A stretch of 37,728 bases of DNA. Origin: an uncultured Polyangiaceae bacterium. Its GTDB lineage: Bacteria; Myxococcota_A; Polyangia; Polyangiales; Polyangiaceae. The stretch spans positions 4,446 to 42,173 of the forward strand of contig CAZHGG010000001.1 of assembly GCA_964531755.1 (NCBI GenBank), given 5' to 3'. Below, piece by piece: positions 1 to 9,062 of the stretch; positions within the stretch are counted from its first letter, which is position 1; the number at the start of each line of letters is the position of its first letter. A model generated the notes under the pieces. The model was not told where the DNA came from and did no database searches. It worked only from the letters and a program-made list of their open reading frames with translations. The position numbers and the translations under genes were made by a program.

Positions 1-3000
1 CCGCTGTCCGAGCTCGCCGCGCGCCTCTGGGGCCAGCCCACGACGGCGGGCGACGGTCGCAGAATGGCAAGGGCGACGCTCGCGCTGCTCACGCTCGCCG
101 CCGCGGCCCGCGATACCGTCGAGCAGCACCCGCTGGTCCCTCACCGCTTGCACGTGCTGACGCGCGGGCCCGAGGGGCTCTCCGTTTGTCTCAGTCCGAA
201 GTGTCCTCCGGAAGAGCGCCGCGTGCTTGGGCGGGGCGCGCTGGTCGCAGGCGCCGTGGATGCCTGCCCGCACTGCCGTTCCGTCGCACTGCCCCTCTAT
301 CGCTGCAGGCGCTGCGGCGAGGTCTTTCTGGGTGCTCGGCTGATCGATGCTGGGGAACGGGTCATCGCTTCGACCGGGCGCTCGCTCCACCAGCGCGCCA
401 AGCTGTGCGCCGCGGCGACCGACACCAGGCGCTCCGAGCACGATACGGAGCCGGCGTCGCGCTACGACGTGAGTCCATCCGACGGCGAGGTCCTCGGCCC
501 TGGGCAGGGCGTCGTCCCTCTCGTGTCCGTCGGTTGCTGTACGCGCTGTGGGCAGACACGGACGCCCGATCTCGACGAGGACGATGAAGAGCACCGCCGC
601 TTCGACGGATTCACGGTCGGCATGCGCGTCGCCAGGAACGTCGCCGCCGAGACGGTGTTGATGGCCCTTCCGCCCGCCGCGAGTCCACTTCGAGCGTGGC
701 TTCCTGCGGAGGGGCGACGCCTGCTCGCGTTCAGCGACAGCCGTGGAGACTCCGCCTCGCTCGGGGCCACGCTCGCCGCTCAGCACGAGCGACTGCTCTT
801 TCGGGCCCGACTCGCGAAGGCTGTAGCTGTCGACGATCCCGCGCAGGCGAAGCTTTGGAGGCGGGACCTCGGGCGGGCCAAGGAGGACCTCACGGACGCC
901 ACACCGTCCGAGCGCGTTCATCTCGAGGACAAGATCGCCGAGTTGGAGCGAAAGCTCCAAGCCCTCGACGCGGGAATCTCGCTCGAAACGCTCGTGCAAC
1001 GACTCCGACGCGATAAGATCCTCGACGAGCTCCTCGACCGAGACGAGGGCGCGCGTCAGACCGCGGAGCACTGGCGGCAGAGCGCCTCCGACCAACGCGC
1101 GAACAACCGCGCAGAGGTTCGAAAGAGGCTGGAGACCCCCATCGCGCGCGAGCTTGTGTCCACGTCTCCCACGGCCATTTCGCTCGAGACGATGGGGCTC
1201 GTCGAAGTGTCGTATCCTGGACTCAGCTCACTCGCGGTTCCGGATGGTCTCGTTGGTGTGCTCCCGCGGGCGCTCGCGGAGGCATGGCCGGACGTTCTCG
1301 CGGCGCTCTGCGACACACTACGCAGCGGCGGGATCGTCACGACGGGTCACGACGAGAGCGACCGGGAGTACGAGTATAGCCAGGTTCTCGGCAAATGGTG
1401 CCCGCTGTCGATCAGCTTCAAGCGAAGGACACCCTCGTTTCTCGGAGCGAGCGATCGCCACCGGCGTCGTCGCTTCGCCCTCGCGATCCTTGGTCCCAGC
1501 GCGACGGACGACGATGCGGTTCGGCTGCTCTCGGCCGCGTACGAGCAGCTTCGAACCAGCGGTCTCGCCTGGGTCCAAGTCAGTGACAAGGTCGAGCACG
1601 AAGGCGGCGTCACCACGGGAATTCGTATCGACTTCCGGGGGCTCACGTTTCGCGCTCCTCCCGCGCTCTTCCGGTCCGCCAGCGTGGGTCTCGTGTGGCC
1701 GCGCAGCGTGCTCGGATGTGCTCCCTATCCTGGCCACGGTGACACGGGGAGCGTGCGCGATCTTCGCCCGGTCACCCCCGCGGAGCTCGACGCCGATCCG
1801 CGGATCGGGCGTCATCGTCGTGAGCAGAAGGAGCCGCTGATGAAGAGGGGCCTCTGGGCCGAGGAGCACTCGGCGCAGCCGAGCGCGCGGGAAAACCGCA
1901 GGAACCAAGACCTCTTCAAGATCGGAGCCCGCAACGTCCTCAGCGCCACGACGACCATGGAGCTGGGGATCGACATCGGCGGTCTCCACGCGGTCTTCCT
2001 GGCGAACGTCCCGCCTGTGCGTGCGAACTACGTGCAGCGCGCCGGGCGCGCAGGCCGCCGGGCGGACGGCTCCTCCGTGGTGGTGACGTTCTGCCGCGCC
2101 AGCCCCTTCGACCACGAGGTGTTCAACCGCTTCGGGGACTTCTTCCGGCGGCTCCCGCGGGCCCCGCGGGTCCTTCTGGATAGGCGCCGGGTGGTTCAGC
2201 GCCACGTCCACGCACTCCTCCTCGGCCAGTTCATTCGGACCCACGCGAACCTCGGGACGAAGGTGGGCGCCATGAACGCCTTCGGTCGCCTCGCCTGGTT
2301 CATCGGCACGGACGTGCCGGCGTACTGGGAATCCGGAATGACTGACAAGCCCGCGTTCCCTGCTCCCAGGGATCCGGCCCCGGCGGACCAGTTTCTCGCC
2401 TATGTAGAGAGCCTGGCCGACGACCAAGAGACGCGGGCAGACATCGGGCGGCTCGTCGCTGGGACCAGCTTCGACAGGCTGAAGGATTCGGCCAACCCTG
2501 ACTGGGACCCATTCTTCGAGGAGGTGCGAAGGGCGCTGGACGACGCGCTCCGTCGCATACGCCAAGACGTCGACGAGCTACGGCGCGCGTACGACGATTG
2601 CGGGGACGCCAAGCGAGCGACGCATGCGATTCGCTACCGCGTCAAAGGCGTGCTCGCGCGGACGACGATCGAGGCCCTTGCCGAGCAGCAGTTCCTCCCG
2701 CGGTACGGGTTCCCGATTGGTGTACATCGACTCAAAGTCGTTGACGCGACTATCAAAAAGCAGGCCTCGCGACCGGATGCCTACCGCCTAGAGCGGGCGT
2801 CCCTCCTCGCGCTTGTCGAGTACGTCCCGGGAACCACGATCCTGGTTGGGGGCAAGGCTGTCACGTCGCGCGGTCTCCTGAAGCATTGGGCGGGAAACGC
2901 GATCGGGACGGACGTACAAGGCCTTCGGGGTCGCTTCGCCAAGTGCAAGAACGAACACTTCCACTACGCCGTCACGCAACACCTGCCTCCATGCCCCCTC

Positions 3001-3858
3001 TGCGGCGAAGGCCCCAAGACCCAGGGCGATCTGATGTTTCCGAGGCACGGCTTCAGCACAGCGGCCTGGGATCCCCCGCGCTGGAGCACGACCGTTGAGC
3101 GCGTCGGCTCCGTCGAGCAGGCGACCATCACTTTCGGACACGGAGACGAGGACGTCGTCGAGTCCTTCGGTGGCATCCCGGGGCTCCGCGCGAAGCACAA
3201 GGAGCTCGGCGAGATTCTCGTCTACAACGAGGGCGAGTGGGGCAAGGGATTCGCCATTTGCACGAAGTGCGGATACGCGGACAGTGAGCCGAAGTACGGG
3301 ACGGGGCGGCTCGATCTCCGGAATGGGTTCGAGTGGCACAGACCCCTCACTCAGGAGCGCGGCAGGTGCTGGGACGACGATACGCCGTCCCCCCTTCGCA
3401 ACCAAACCCTGGCCGCGAGCCAAGTCACCGACGTGCTGCTGCTCGACGTGAGCGGATGCAATGATCTCGCGTTCGCTGCTGCAAAGAGCCAGGCCGTCGC
3501 ACACACGCTGGCGCGCGCGCTTCAGAACGCGGGAGCTCGGATGCTCCAGGTGGACAGCCGCGAGCTCGGAGTGCTCGTGTTGCCGGTCGGCCCCGGGGCG
3601 GCCTTTCAAGCTCCCATCGTGTACGACAACGTGCCCGGGGGTGCCGGGCACGTCCGCGAGCTGATGGACGAGGGGCGCGGCTGGCTCGAGGCAGCGCGTC
3701 AGGTGCTCTACGGATCGCCCGAGCACGACGCGCGCTGCCATCGGGCGTGCTTGGACTGTGTCCTCACCTTCGACGCGCAGACGGCGATGCGCGAGGGGCT
3801 CATCGACCGCCGGCTGGCCCTCGCGGTGCTCGATCGTTGGCTGGGAGCGCGAGCGTGA
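1..3858 (+). CDS. SF2 (DEAD/DEAH-type) helicase with a C-terminal DUF1998/MrfA-like Zn-binding domain. It is 5'-partial: the RecA1/Walker-A half lies upstream of the window. DruE/DrmA-DrmB-like.
   Basis: Frame 1 is open from nt 1, with no stop before the ATG at 64, and no Walker A is present in the window, so the start is upstream. A Cys-rich Zn-ribbon insert is present (CLSPKCPP...CPHCRS...YRCRRCG, about 186-330). Helicase motifs: motif IV-like [12 protein letters not shown] (about 730), motif [14 protein letters not shown], motif [11 protein letters not shown] (about 2035-2061). The DUF1998 hallmark [13 protein letters not shown] lies at about 2686, followed by Cys clusters ([21 protein letters not shown]) up to about 3760. 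Confidence 0.8.
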   Translation, partial: PLSELAARLWGQPTTAGDGRRMARATLALLTLAAAARDTVEQHPLVPHRLHVLTRGPEGLSVCLSPKCPPEERRVLGRGALVAGAVDACPHCRSVALPLYRCRRCGEVFLGARLIDAGERVIASTGRSLHQRAKLCAAATDTRRSEHDTEPASRYDVSPSDGEVLGPGQGVVPLVSVGCCTRCGQTRTPDLDEDDEEHRRFDGFTVGMRVARNVAAETVLMALPPAASPLRAWLPAEGRRLLAFSDSRGDSASLGATLAAQHERLLFRARLAKAVAVDDPAQAKLWRRDLGRAKEDLTDATPSERVHLEDKIAELERKLQALDAGISLETLVQRLRRDKILDELLDRDEGARQTAEHWRQSASDQRANNRAEVRKRLETPIARELVSTSPTAISLETMGLVEVSYPGLSSLAVPDGLVGVLPRALAEAWPDVLAALCDTLRSGGIVTTGHDESDREYEYSQVLGKWCPLSISFKRRTPSFLGASDRHRRRRFALAILGPSATDDDAVRLLSAAYEQLRTSGLAWVQVSDKVEHEGGVTTGIRIDFRGLTFRAPPALFRSASVGLVWPRSVLGCAPYPGHGDTGSVRDLRPVTPAELDADPRIGRHRREQKEPLMKRGLWAEEHSAQPSARENRRNQDLFKIGARNVLSATTTMELGIDIGGLHAVFLANVPPVRANYVQRAGRAGRRADGSSVVVTFCRASPFDHEVFNRFGDFFRRLPRAPRVLLDRRRVVQRHVHALLLGQFIRTHANLGTKVGAMNAFGRLAWFIGTDVPAYWESGMTDKPAFPAPRDPAPADQFLAYVESLADDQETRADIGRLVAGTSFDRLKDSANPDWDPFFEEVRRALDDALRRIRQDVDELRRAYDDCGDAKRATHAIRYRVKGVLARTTIEALAEQQFLPRYGFPIGVHRLKVVDATIKKQASRPDAYRLERASLLALVEYVPGTTILVGGKAVTSRGLLKHWAGNAIGTDVQGLRGRFAKCKNEHFHYAVTQHLPPCPLCGEGPKTQGDLMFPRHGFSTAAWDPPRWSTTVERVGSVEQATITFGHGDEDVVESFGGIPGLRAKHKELGEILVYNEGEWGKGFAICTKCGYADSEPKYGTGRLDLRNGFEWHRPLTQERGRCWDDDTPSPLRNQTLAASQVTDVLLLDVSGCNDLAFAAAKSQAVAHTLARALQNAGARMLQVDSRELGVLVLPVGPGAAFQAPIVYDNVPGGAGHVRELMDEGRGWLEAARQVLYGSPEHDARCHRACLDCVLTFDAQTAMREGLIDRRLALAVLDRWLGARA

Positions 3859-4961
3859 GCGCGCTCACGGTCGAGGAGGTCGACGTGCTGGCTCAGTCCG
3901 CGCGAGCGCCCACCGAGCCCCTTCCGCGCTCCCTCCCCGATTTGCTCTTCCGAGGAGCGCTCCTGGAGCACACGATTCCGGGCCTCTCGTGGCGCGGCTT
4001 CGTGCGGCTCACCCAGGAGGTGCTCCTCCAAACGAACGGCGACGCAGAGGTCTGGGCCCGCGTCGCCTTCGCGCGCGACGTCGGGCGGCGCCACCTGGGC
4101 GAGCGGGCGCTCCTCGAGTGGCCGGTCGTGTCCTCGTGGTTCGCGGCGTTGGACAACAACGCCCAGTCGCGGGCGCTCGCGCATGCCGTCCAGTCCGCAG
4201 CCGACGCTGATCTGGAGGCCGTCGAAGGGTACGCGGCATCCGCGGAGGCGTGGCTCGATCGGGTGCCCGTGACCGCCGAGGCGTTGAGTCTGCGCGGCGC
4301 GGTCGGCCGCGGGTACGCCGCCCTTGGGGAGTACGGGAAGGCCGGGGTCGCGCTCGAGCGCGCGGTCGCGGGTTGGTTCGAGCTCGGGCGCGTCGGCGAC
4401 GCATCGCATCCCCTATGTGAGCTGCTCCGCGTTCGGGGAATTCAGCGAGACGCAGGCGCGGTGACGGTGCTCCGAAATCGGGTGGGCGCGTTCCTCGAGG
4501 CGACGCCCGATCCCACGTCGCGGGCGTTCGTCGAACTGGCCCTCGGCCGCGCCCTCGTCCAGAGCGGTGCGGGTGACGATGGCCAGACCGCCCTCCGTGA
4601 CACGGCGACGGACTGGGGGCAAGCTCCCCCGCATGTCCAGGCGTCGCGCCTTCGATGGCTCCACTACGTCGCAGTCACAAGCGCCGACGACGCGGCCGCC
4701 TCCGAGCACCTCGCCAAGCTTGACGACCTGCGGGACGAGGGGCAGCCGTACGATTCGGACCAGCGCTACGTGGCGCGCGTCGATCGAGGCCTCGCTCAGG
4801 GCTCCGTGCTCACGCCAGACGTCGAGGCGCTCGTCGGGCTCCTCCCCGGAGGTGACGAGGCGGCGAGGACGCTGGTGCGGCTCTCGGGCGGACGGCCGCT
4901 GGCGGACGCGATGAGAGATCGGGCGGTGGTGCGACGGATGGCATGGGAGTATAGGTATTGA
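3855..4961 (+). CDS. Hypothetical alpha-helical (TPR-like) protein, translationally coupled to the upstream helicase.
   Basis: The GTG at 3855 overlaps the helicase TGA (GTGA, 3855-3858). The frame is long with high GC3. Ala/Leu-rich helical repeats are present, e.g. [33 protein letters not shown] recognise no catalytic motif. The start is inferred from the overlap; the ORF track extends it to 3747 inside the upstream gene. Confidence 0.6.
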   Translation: MSALTVEEVDVLAQSARAPTEPLPRSLPDLLFRGALLEHTIPGLSWRGFVRLTQEVLLQTNGDAEVWARVAFARDVGRRHLGERALLEWPVVSSWFAALDNNAQSRALAHAVQSAADADLEAVEGYAASAEAWLDRVPVTAEALSLRGAVGRGYAALGEYGKAGVALERAVAGWFELGRVGDASHPLCELLRVRGIQRDAGAVTVLRNRVGAFLEATPDPTSRAFVELALGRALVQSGAGDDGQTALRDTATDWGQAPPHVQASRLRWLHYVAVTSADDAAASEHLAKLDDLRDEGQPYDSDQRYVARVDRGLAQGSVLTPDVEALVGLLPGGDEAARTLVRLSGGRPLADAMRDRAVVRRMAWEYRY

Positions 4962-4992
4962 AGTCTCGCCTCACGCACGCGGAACTCGAACG

Positions 4993-7866
4993 ATGAGCCG
5001 GAAGACCCGTTCAGCCAACGCGACCAGCCCAATCCGCCCCGCGCCTCAGAGGACGCAGAAGGCGATCGACAAGGAGCGCCGAAGGGAAGGCAGTGACCTC
5101 GCGGCGAGCGTTGCGGGTTACCATCTCGAAGAGGCGTTTTGGTGCCATCATGTTCTCGACCTTCGACGTCGCATGCGGGTCGCCGTCGAGGCAGTGTTTC
5201 GTCACGTGTTCTGGGTTCGCGAGGGAGATCCCGAAGGGAAAGATCTCAGCACTCTGACGGAGGCCATCCAGCAGCGGGGGGGCGTTCGCTCGGAGGTCAT
5301 CGAGTGGGCGAACCAGTTGCGTCGTTTCGGGAACGAGGCCGCGCACGCGCGAGACCGCGTCCCGCTGCGTCAGCGCATGGAGGACTCTGAGGTCCGCGAT
5401 GCCCTCGAGCTCCTCCGGCGCGTGACGCAGTGGTACTACGGCACGTTCCTCGACGGCGCGCCGATTCCCGCTGCGATCGCGGCGAGCATCGCTTTCCTTG
5501 ATTCTAGGGACGTAGTCGCCGGGCGAATGACCGACGACCAGAGGTTCGGCCATGATCGTCAACTCTTCTTACTCCACGGAAAGTATCAGCTCGAACGTGT
5601 AGAGGGCGTGGGTTCAACAGCGGTCGTATACAAGGCCTTTGACACATTGCTCGAACGTGAACGGGCCCTGAAGGTTCAAACTCTCGAACTCAAGCAAAGT
5701 GAGAAAGCCCTCGAGAACATGCGAAAGGAGGCCAAGCTCCTGAGCGATACGACGCACCCTCGACTCGTTCCCGTGTCATCTGTCGATCGGCTGCCCGACG
5801 GTCGAATCTTCTTCGAGATGCCATTCCTGGTGGGGGGCTCGGTCGCGAGCCGGCTGGCGTCTGCCCCCGCGACCGGACTGGAGCCGAAGACGGCATTCAC
5901 ATGGGCCACCGACCTGATGGACGCGCTGGCGTTCCTCCACGACAAGCAACTTGTTCATCGTGACGTGAAGCCTGAGAACCTGCTCGTCGACGAGACCGGT
6001 CGGGCACAGCTCGCTGACTTTGGGCTCGCACGTACGCTCGATGGCAACGACTTCATTCGCACGCAGACGGTCGCGGGAACCTTTAGGTACCTCGCCCCCG
6101 AGGTGCAGCGTGGTGGTCGAGTAGGTCCCCCGGCAGACGTCTTTTCCGCAGCACTCGTGATTTGCCAACTGCTTGGTGGGGCCATAGACTCCAATGAGCT
6201 CGGTGAAGACCTGCCGCCCTCGGTGCGTGAGGTTCTCAGCGGCATGAGTCGCCAGAACCCGACCGAGCGACAGACCGCACGCGAGGCACTTGAACACATG
6301 CGAGGCTGGGTCGCCGATACCTCGCTCCACGTGCGCATGGAGCAGTGGCGAGAGGCTAGTCGCCTTGTCGGGGGGGCGACGGTCCGTCCCCGCCGCCCCG
6401 CCGCCACCGGAGTGGGGCTGCCACCGGCGGCGTCTCCTCCCGACGGTAACGTTGCGGCCGAACCATTCGTGACGCTGCTGGTCGCGCCAGGGAACCCTCT
6501 CGAAGTTGACATCGAGGTGGACCTCTCCGACTTGGCCGCGAAGCACACGGAGATCGGGCGCACCGAGCCCGCCGACATCGAGCCGGCGGCCGCGGAGGCC
6601 TTCGAAGTGGATGACCCCCACGTCGCTTCGGACACCGAGCTCGAGTTCGAGGACGCGGCGGACCTCGAGCGGAGCCCGTGGGACGGTTCCCCCGAAGCAC
6701 GGGCGTCCGGCGGGGTCGGATCGGAGAGCCAAGGTGATGTCGAGCTCGGCGTCCATGAAAAGCCCCTGACCCCTCCGCAGATTGAGTTCGAGGACGGGAC
6801 GAACCACGGGCCGCGCCTCGGCCAAGGTCCGCCCGAAGCCCGGGCGCGCACAGGGATTGAATCGGAGAACCGACGCGACCTCGAACGGCGCCTCCATCAG
6901 AATCCCCGGGACGCGGTCAGGCTGAACGCGCTCTACAGGGAGTATGAGCGGATGGCGGAGCCCGACTCCCAATGCGCGGTCGCGCAGGTCCTGAGTTACC
7001 TGGGAGCCGCGACTCCGGCACAGGGCGAACTTTGCGAGAGGTATCGTGCCGTGGGGCCCCTCCGCCGCACGACCGTCGTGACGCGCGACGCGTGGAGTCG
7101 ATTGCTCTTCGACATGGCGGATGACTCACCCGTCGGCGAAGTCCTGTCTGTGGTCGTTCCCGCCGTGCTCGACGAGCGGTTCGTCGTTCCGCGTGGGAGC
7201 AGGCCCGCCATCAGCGCGGGGTCGGAGGCCGGGGAAGACCTCCGGGTCGCGCGATCCTTCGCGAGGGCGTCGAGCATTCTCCGCGTTGAGCCGATCGCGC
7301 TGCACCTCTCGCCGGAGTGGGGAGGCCTCGTCGAAGTAGTGCCGCACCTTCGGCGAGGCTCGCGCCTCGGAAAGCTGGCGCTCTCCGGACGTTCGGAGCG
7401 TGAGCTCGCATTCCTCGCGGCGAGGCACCTTGCGTACTTTCGCGAGGAATTCTACATCGCGCTGCTCGTGCCAGACTGGCGTTGGCTCGCGGATGTCTTC
7501 CAGGCTGCGCTCGCCGTAGGCAACCCGGACCACCCCCTCGCAGGCTCGTTCACGGTCCCTCGGGTCGTCGAATCACTGAAGGCGATCCTTGGGCAGCGGT
7601 CCATCGATCTGCTGCGGCAACTCAGCCTTCGCGTCGCGGAGGCGAACGACCGCGTGGACGTCTCCCGCTGGGCGCTTTCGGTGGAGCGCAAGTGCGCACA
7701 GGCCGGTCTGCTTCTCTCGGGCGACCTCAAAGCGGCGGAGGCCGTCTTCGCGCTGGAGGTCGGAGACCGGGCACGGCTCGACGAGAAGATGAACGACCTG
7801 CTGAGCTTCACGCTCTCGGAGCGAGCGAGCAGGCTTCGCAAGGCGCTGGGCATCTCCCTCGCGTAG
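4993..7866 (+). CDS. Three-part protein: N-terminal DUF4145 (HEPN-superfamily) domain, Hanks-type Ser/Thr protein kinase, and an unknown C-terminal domain of about 330 aa.
   Basis: ATG at 4993. The DUF4145-like segment reads LDLRRRMRVAVEAVF...IEWANQLRRFGNEAAHARD; the R..GN.aaH motif is at 5323-5346. Kinase motifs: GVGSTAVVYKA...RALKV, HRDVKPENLLV (5956-), DFGLAR, GTFRYLAPE. An acidic low-complexity linker follows, then a C-terminal region I cannot assign. Confidence 0.88.
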   Translation: MSRKTRSANATSPIRPAPQRTQKAIDKERRREGSDLAASVAGYHLEEAFWCHHVLDLRRRMRVAVEAVFRHVFWVREGDPEGKDLSTLTEAIQQRGGVRSEVIEWANQLRRFGNEAAHARDRVPLRQRMEDSEVRDALELLRRVTQWYYGTFLDGAPIPAAIAASIAFLDSRDVVAGRMTDDQRFGHDRQLFLLHGKYQLERVEGVGSTAVVYKAFDTLLERERALKVQTLELKQSEKALENMRKEAKLLSDTTHPRLVPVSSVDRLPDGRIFFEMPFLVGGSVASRLASAPATGLEPKTAFTWATDLMDALAFLHDKQLVHRDVKPENLLVDETGRAQLADFGLARTLDGNDFIRTQTVAGTFRYLAPEVQRGGRVGPPADVFSAALVICQLLGGAIDSNELGEDLPPSVREVLSGMSRQNPTERQTAREALEHMRGWVADTSLHVRMEQWREASRLVGGATVRPRRPAATGVGLPPAASPPDGNVAAEPFVTLLVAPGNPLEVDIEVDLSDLAAKHTEIGRTEPADIEPAAAEAFEVDDPHVASDTELEFEDAADLERSPWDGSPEARASGGVGSESQGDVELGVHEKPLTPPQIEFEDGTNHGPRLGQGPPEARARTGIESENRRDLERRLHQNPRDAVRLNALYREYERMAEPDSQCAVAQVLSYLGAATPAQGELCERYRAVGPLRRTTVVTRDAWSRLLFDMADDSPVGEVLSVVVPAVLDERFVVPRGSRPAISAGSEAGEDLRVARSFARASSILRVEPIALHLSPEWGGLVEVVPHLRRGSRLGKLALSGRSERELAFLAARHLAYFREEFYIALLVPDWRWLADVFQAALAVGNPDHPLAGSFTVPRVVESLKAILGQRSIDLLRQLSLRVAEANDRVDVSRWALSVERKCAQAGLLLSGDLKAAEAVFALEVGDRARLDEKMNDLLSFTLSERASRLRKALGISLA

Positions 7867-7955
7867 CGCGCGGGCTTCTCGGCTCGGCGCGAGGGTGCGC
7901 TGCCAGTCCCCTGTGGAACCATCGAATGACCGGAAAGGCCTCGAGCCCTGAGCCG

Positions 7956-9062
7956 TCATCGGCCGCCGCGAGTCCCCTTGACCGCCGGTGCGCCCACAAC
8001 AGCATCGATGTAGTCGCCGGGTAGCCCGCGAGCTGTCGCGCCGTCGACGATGAGCCTCAGGTAATCCTCCGTCGGCCCACACCCGTCCGGGCACCTTGCC
8101 TTCGCGACGAACGTGAAGACCTCGACCGGCTGCGCGTCCCCTCCTCCTGTCACCCGCCACGCGGTCATCTCGCGCTTGGCGTAGCCCCCTTCGCGCCGGG
8201 CGAGCTCGACCGCGTCCTCGGGTGGAACGCTGTAGAGGAAGCCCCACACCATCGAACACGCGGACGTCTCGATGCTCGCGGCGTCGCATCGCCGAGTGAC
8301 GCTGTGCTTGTTGAACACCAGGCGGTGACCCGGCAGGAACGCAATGCCCTCGGCGCGCGCGTTCGGGGCCTTGGCCAACATCTCGCGCTCCGCGAGGTTC
8401 GACCCGTAGGCGAAGTAGGTCTCGGCGGCTTCCCATTCAATCGGCTGCCCCGAAGCCGGTAGCACGAGCCCGCTAAGGGCGTCCATGCGCTGCAGGAACG
8501 CTTCGCGAAGGTGCGGTGCACCGGTGGAGAGATCGCGGACGTATTCGCCGACCTCCGCCTGGATGGCCTCGTGGAACAGCCTCCTGTTGAGGATTCGCGT
8601 CTTGGCGCCCGCGACCTTCGTCAACATCTCGGGAGTGTCGACCCGAACCTTCCAGTCGCCGCGAGTCTCTCCGTTGTGGAGGAGCCCGTTGCGAACGTCT
8701 TGGAAGCCCCAGCGATCGTTCCCGGAGAAGCACGAAAATCGCGGCCCCTTCAGGAATGTGCGGAACGACTTCGCCGTCGTGTTCTCCCCAGTGGTCACGC
8801 GACCTTCGCGGAACGCCTGGAGGGTGTCGATCAGGAGGCAGTCGAGGGCCAAGATCGCGAAGCCAGGAACCAGGCCGTCCCTGCGCCCTGTGCTCGCGAG
8901 GGTGGCGATCGGCCCGAGGAATCGCTCGTCGAGGCGCCGCCGAACGGCGGCCACGACCTCCACCCAGGCCGCGTCGTCGGAGTGTGCGCCTTCCAGGCGG
9001 CCGCGAAGCTCGAGGTAGCGGCTAACCGGGAAACCCGATGCAAGCTCGGTCGTCAGATCCAT
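7956..9062 (-). CDS. Two-domain protein: N-terminal alpha-helical domain with an HEPN-type RNxxxH motif, and a C-terminal gamma-glutamylcyclotransferase (AIG2/GGCT-like) domain.
   Basis: ATG at 9062 overlaps the upstream gene's stop by 10 nt. RNGLLH is encoded at 8676-8693 (CGC AAC GGG CTC CTC CAC on the minus strand). The C-terminal YFAYGSNLAEREMLAKAPNA...GHRLVFNK...VWGFLYSVPPEDAVELARREGGY...EVFTFV follows the YGSL/GGCT-fold pattern (about 7990-8420). Confidence 0.8.
   Translation of the reverse strand: MDLTTELASGFPVSRYLELRGRLEGAHSDDAAWVEVVAAVRRRLDERFLGPIATLASTGRRDGLVPGFAILALDCLLIDTLQAFREGRVTTGENTTAKSFRTFLKGPRFSCFSGNDRWGFQDVRNGLLHNGETRGDWKVRVDTPEMLTKVAGAKTRILNRRLFHEAIQAEVGEYVRDLSTGAPHLREAFLQRMDALSGLVLPASGQPIEWEAAETYFAYGSNLAEREMLAKAPNARAEGIAFLPGHRLVFNKHSVTRRCDAASIETSACSMVWGFLYSVPPEDAVELARREGGYAKREMTAWRVTGGGDAQPVEVFTFVAKARCPDGCGPTEDYLRLIVDGATARGLPGDYIDAVVGAPAVKGTRGGR

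Noticed and set aside
1318-2565. A 415-aa minus-strand ORF, along with other ORFs antisense to the DUF1998 helicase (2788..3741, 3708..4409).
   Set aside because: These are shadow ORFs opposite a frame that has clear helicase and DUF1998 motifs.
4993-7866. Calling the Ser/Thr kinase PglW, which would reclassify the BREX locus as type 2.
   Set aside because: The kinase is on the opposite strand in a different operon, about 4 kb beyond the end of the BREX genes. At 957 aa with a DUF4145 N-terminus it does not match PglW as I recall it. The BREX operon also contains brxA/brxB/brxC-type genes, which type 2 lacks.
7867-7955. A bidirectional rho-independent terminator between the convergent kinase and GGCT genes.
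   Set aside because: I could find only stems of about 5 bp (for example cgcgc at 7867-7871 pairing with gcgcg at 7887-7891) and no T-tract. That is not enough to call a terminator.
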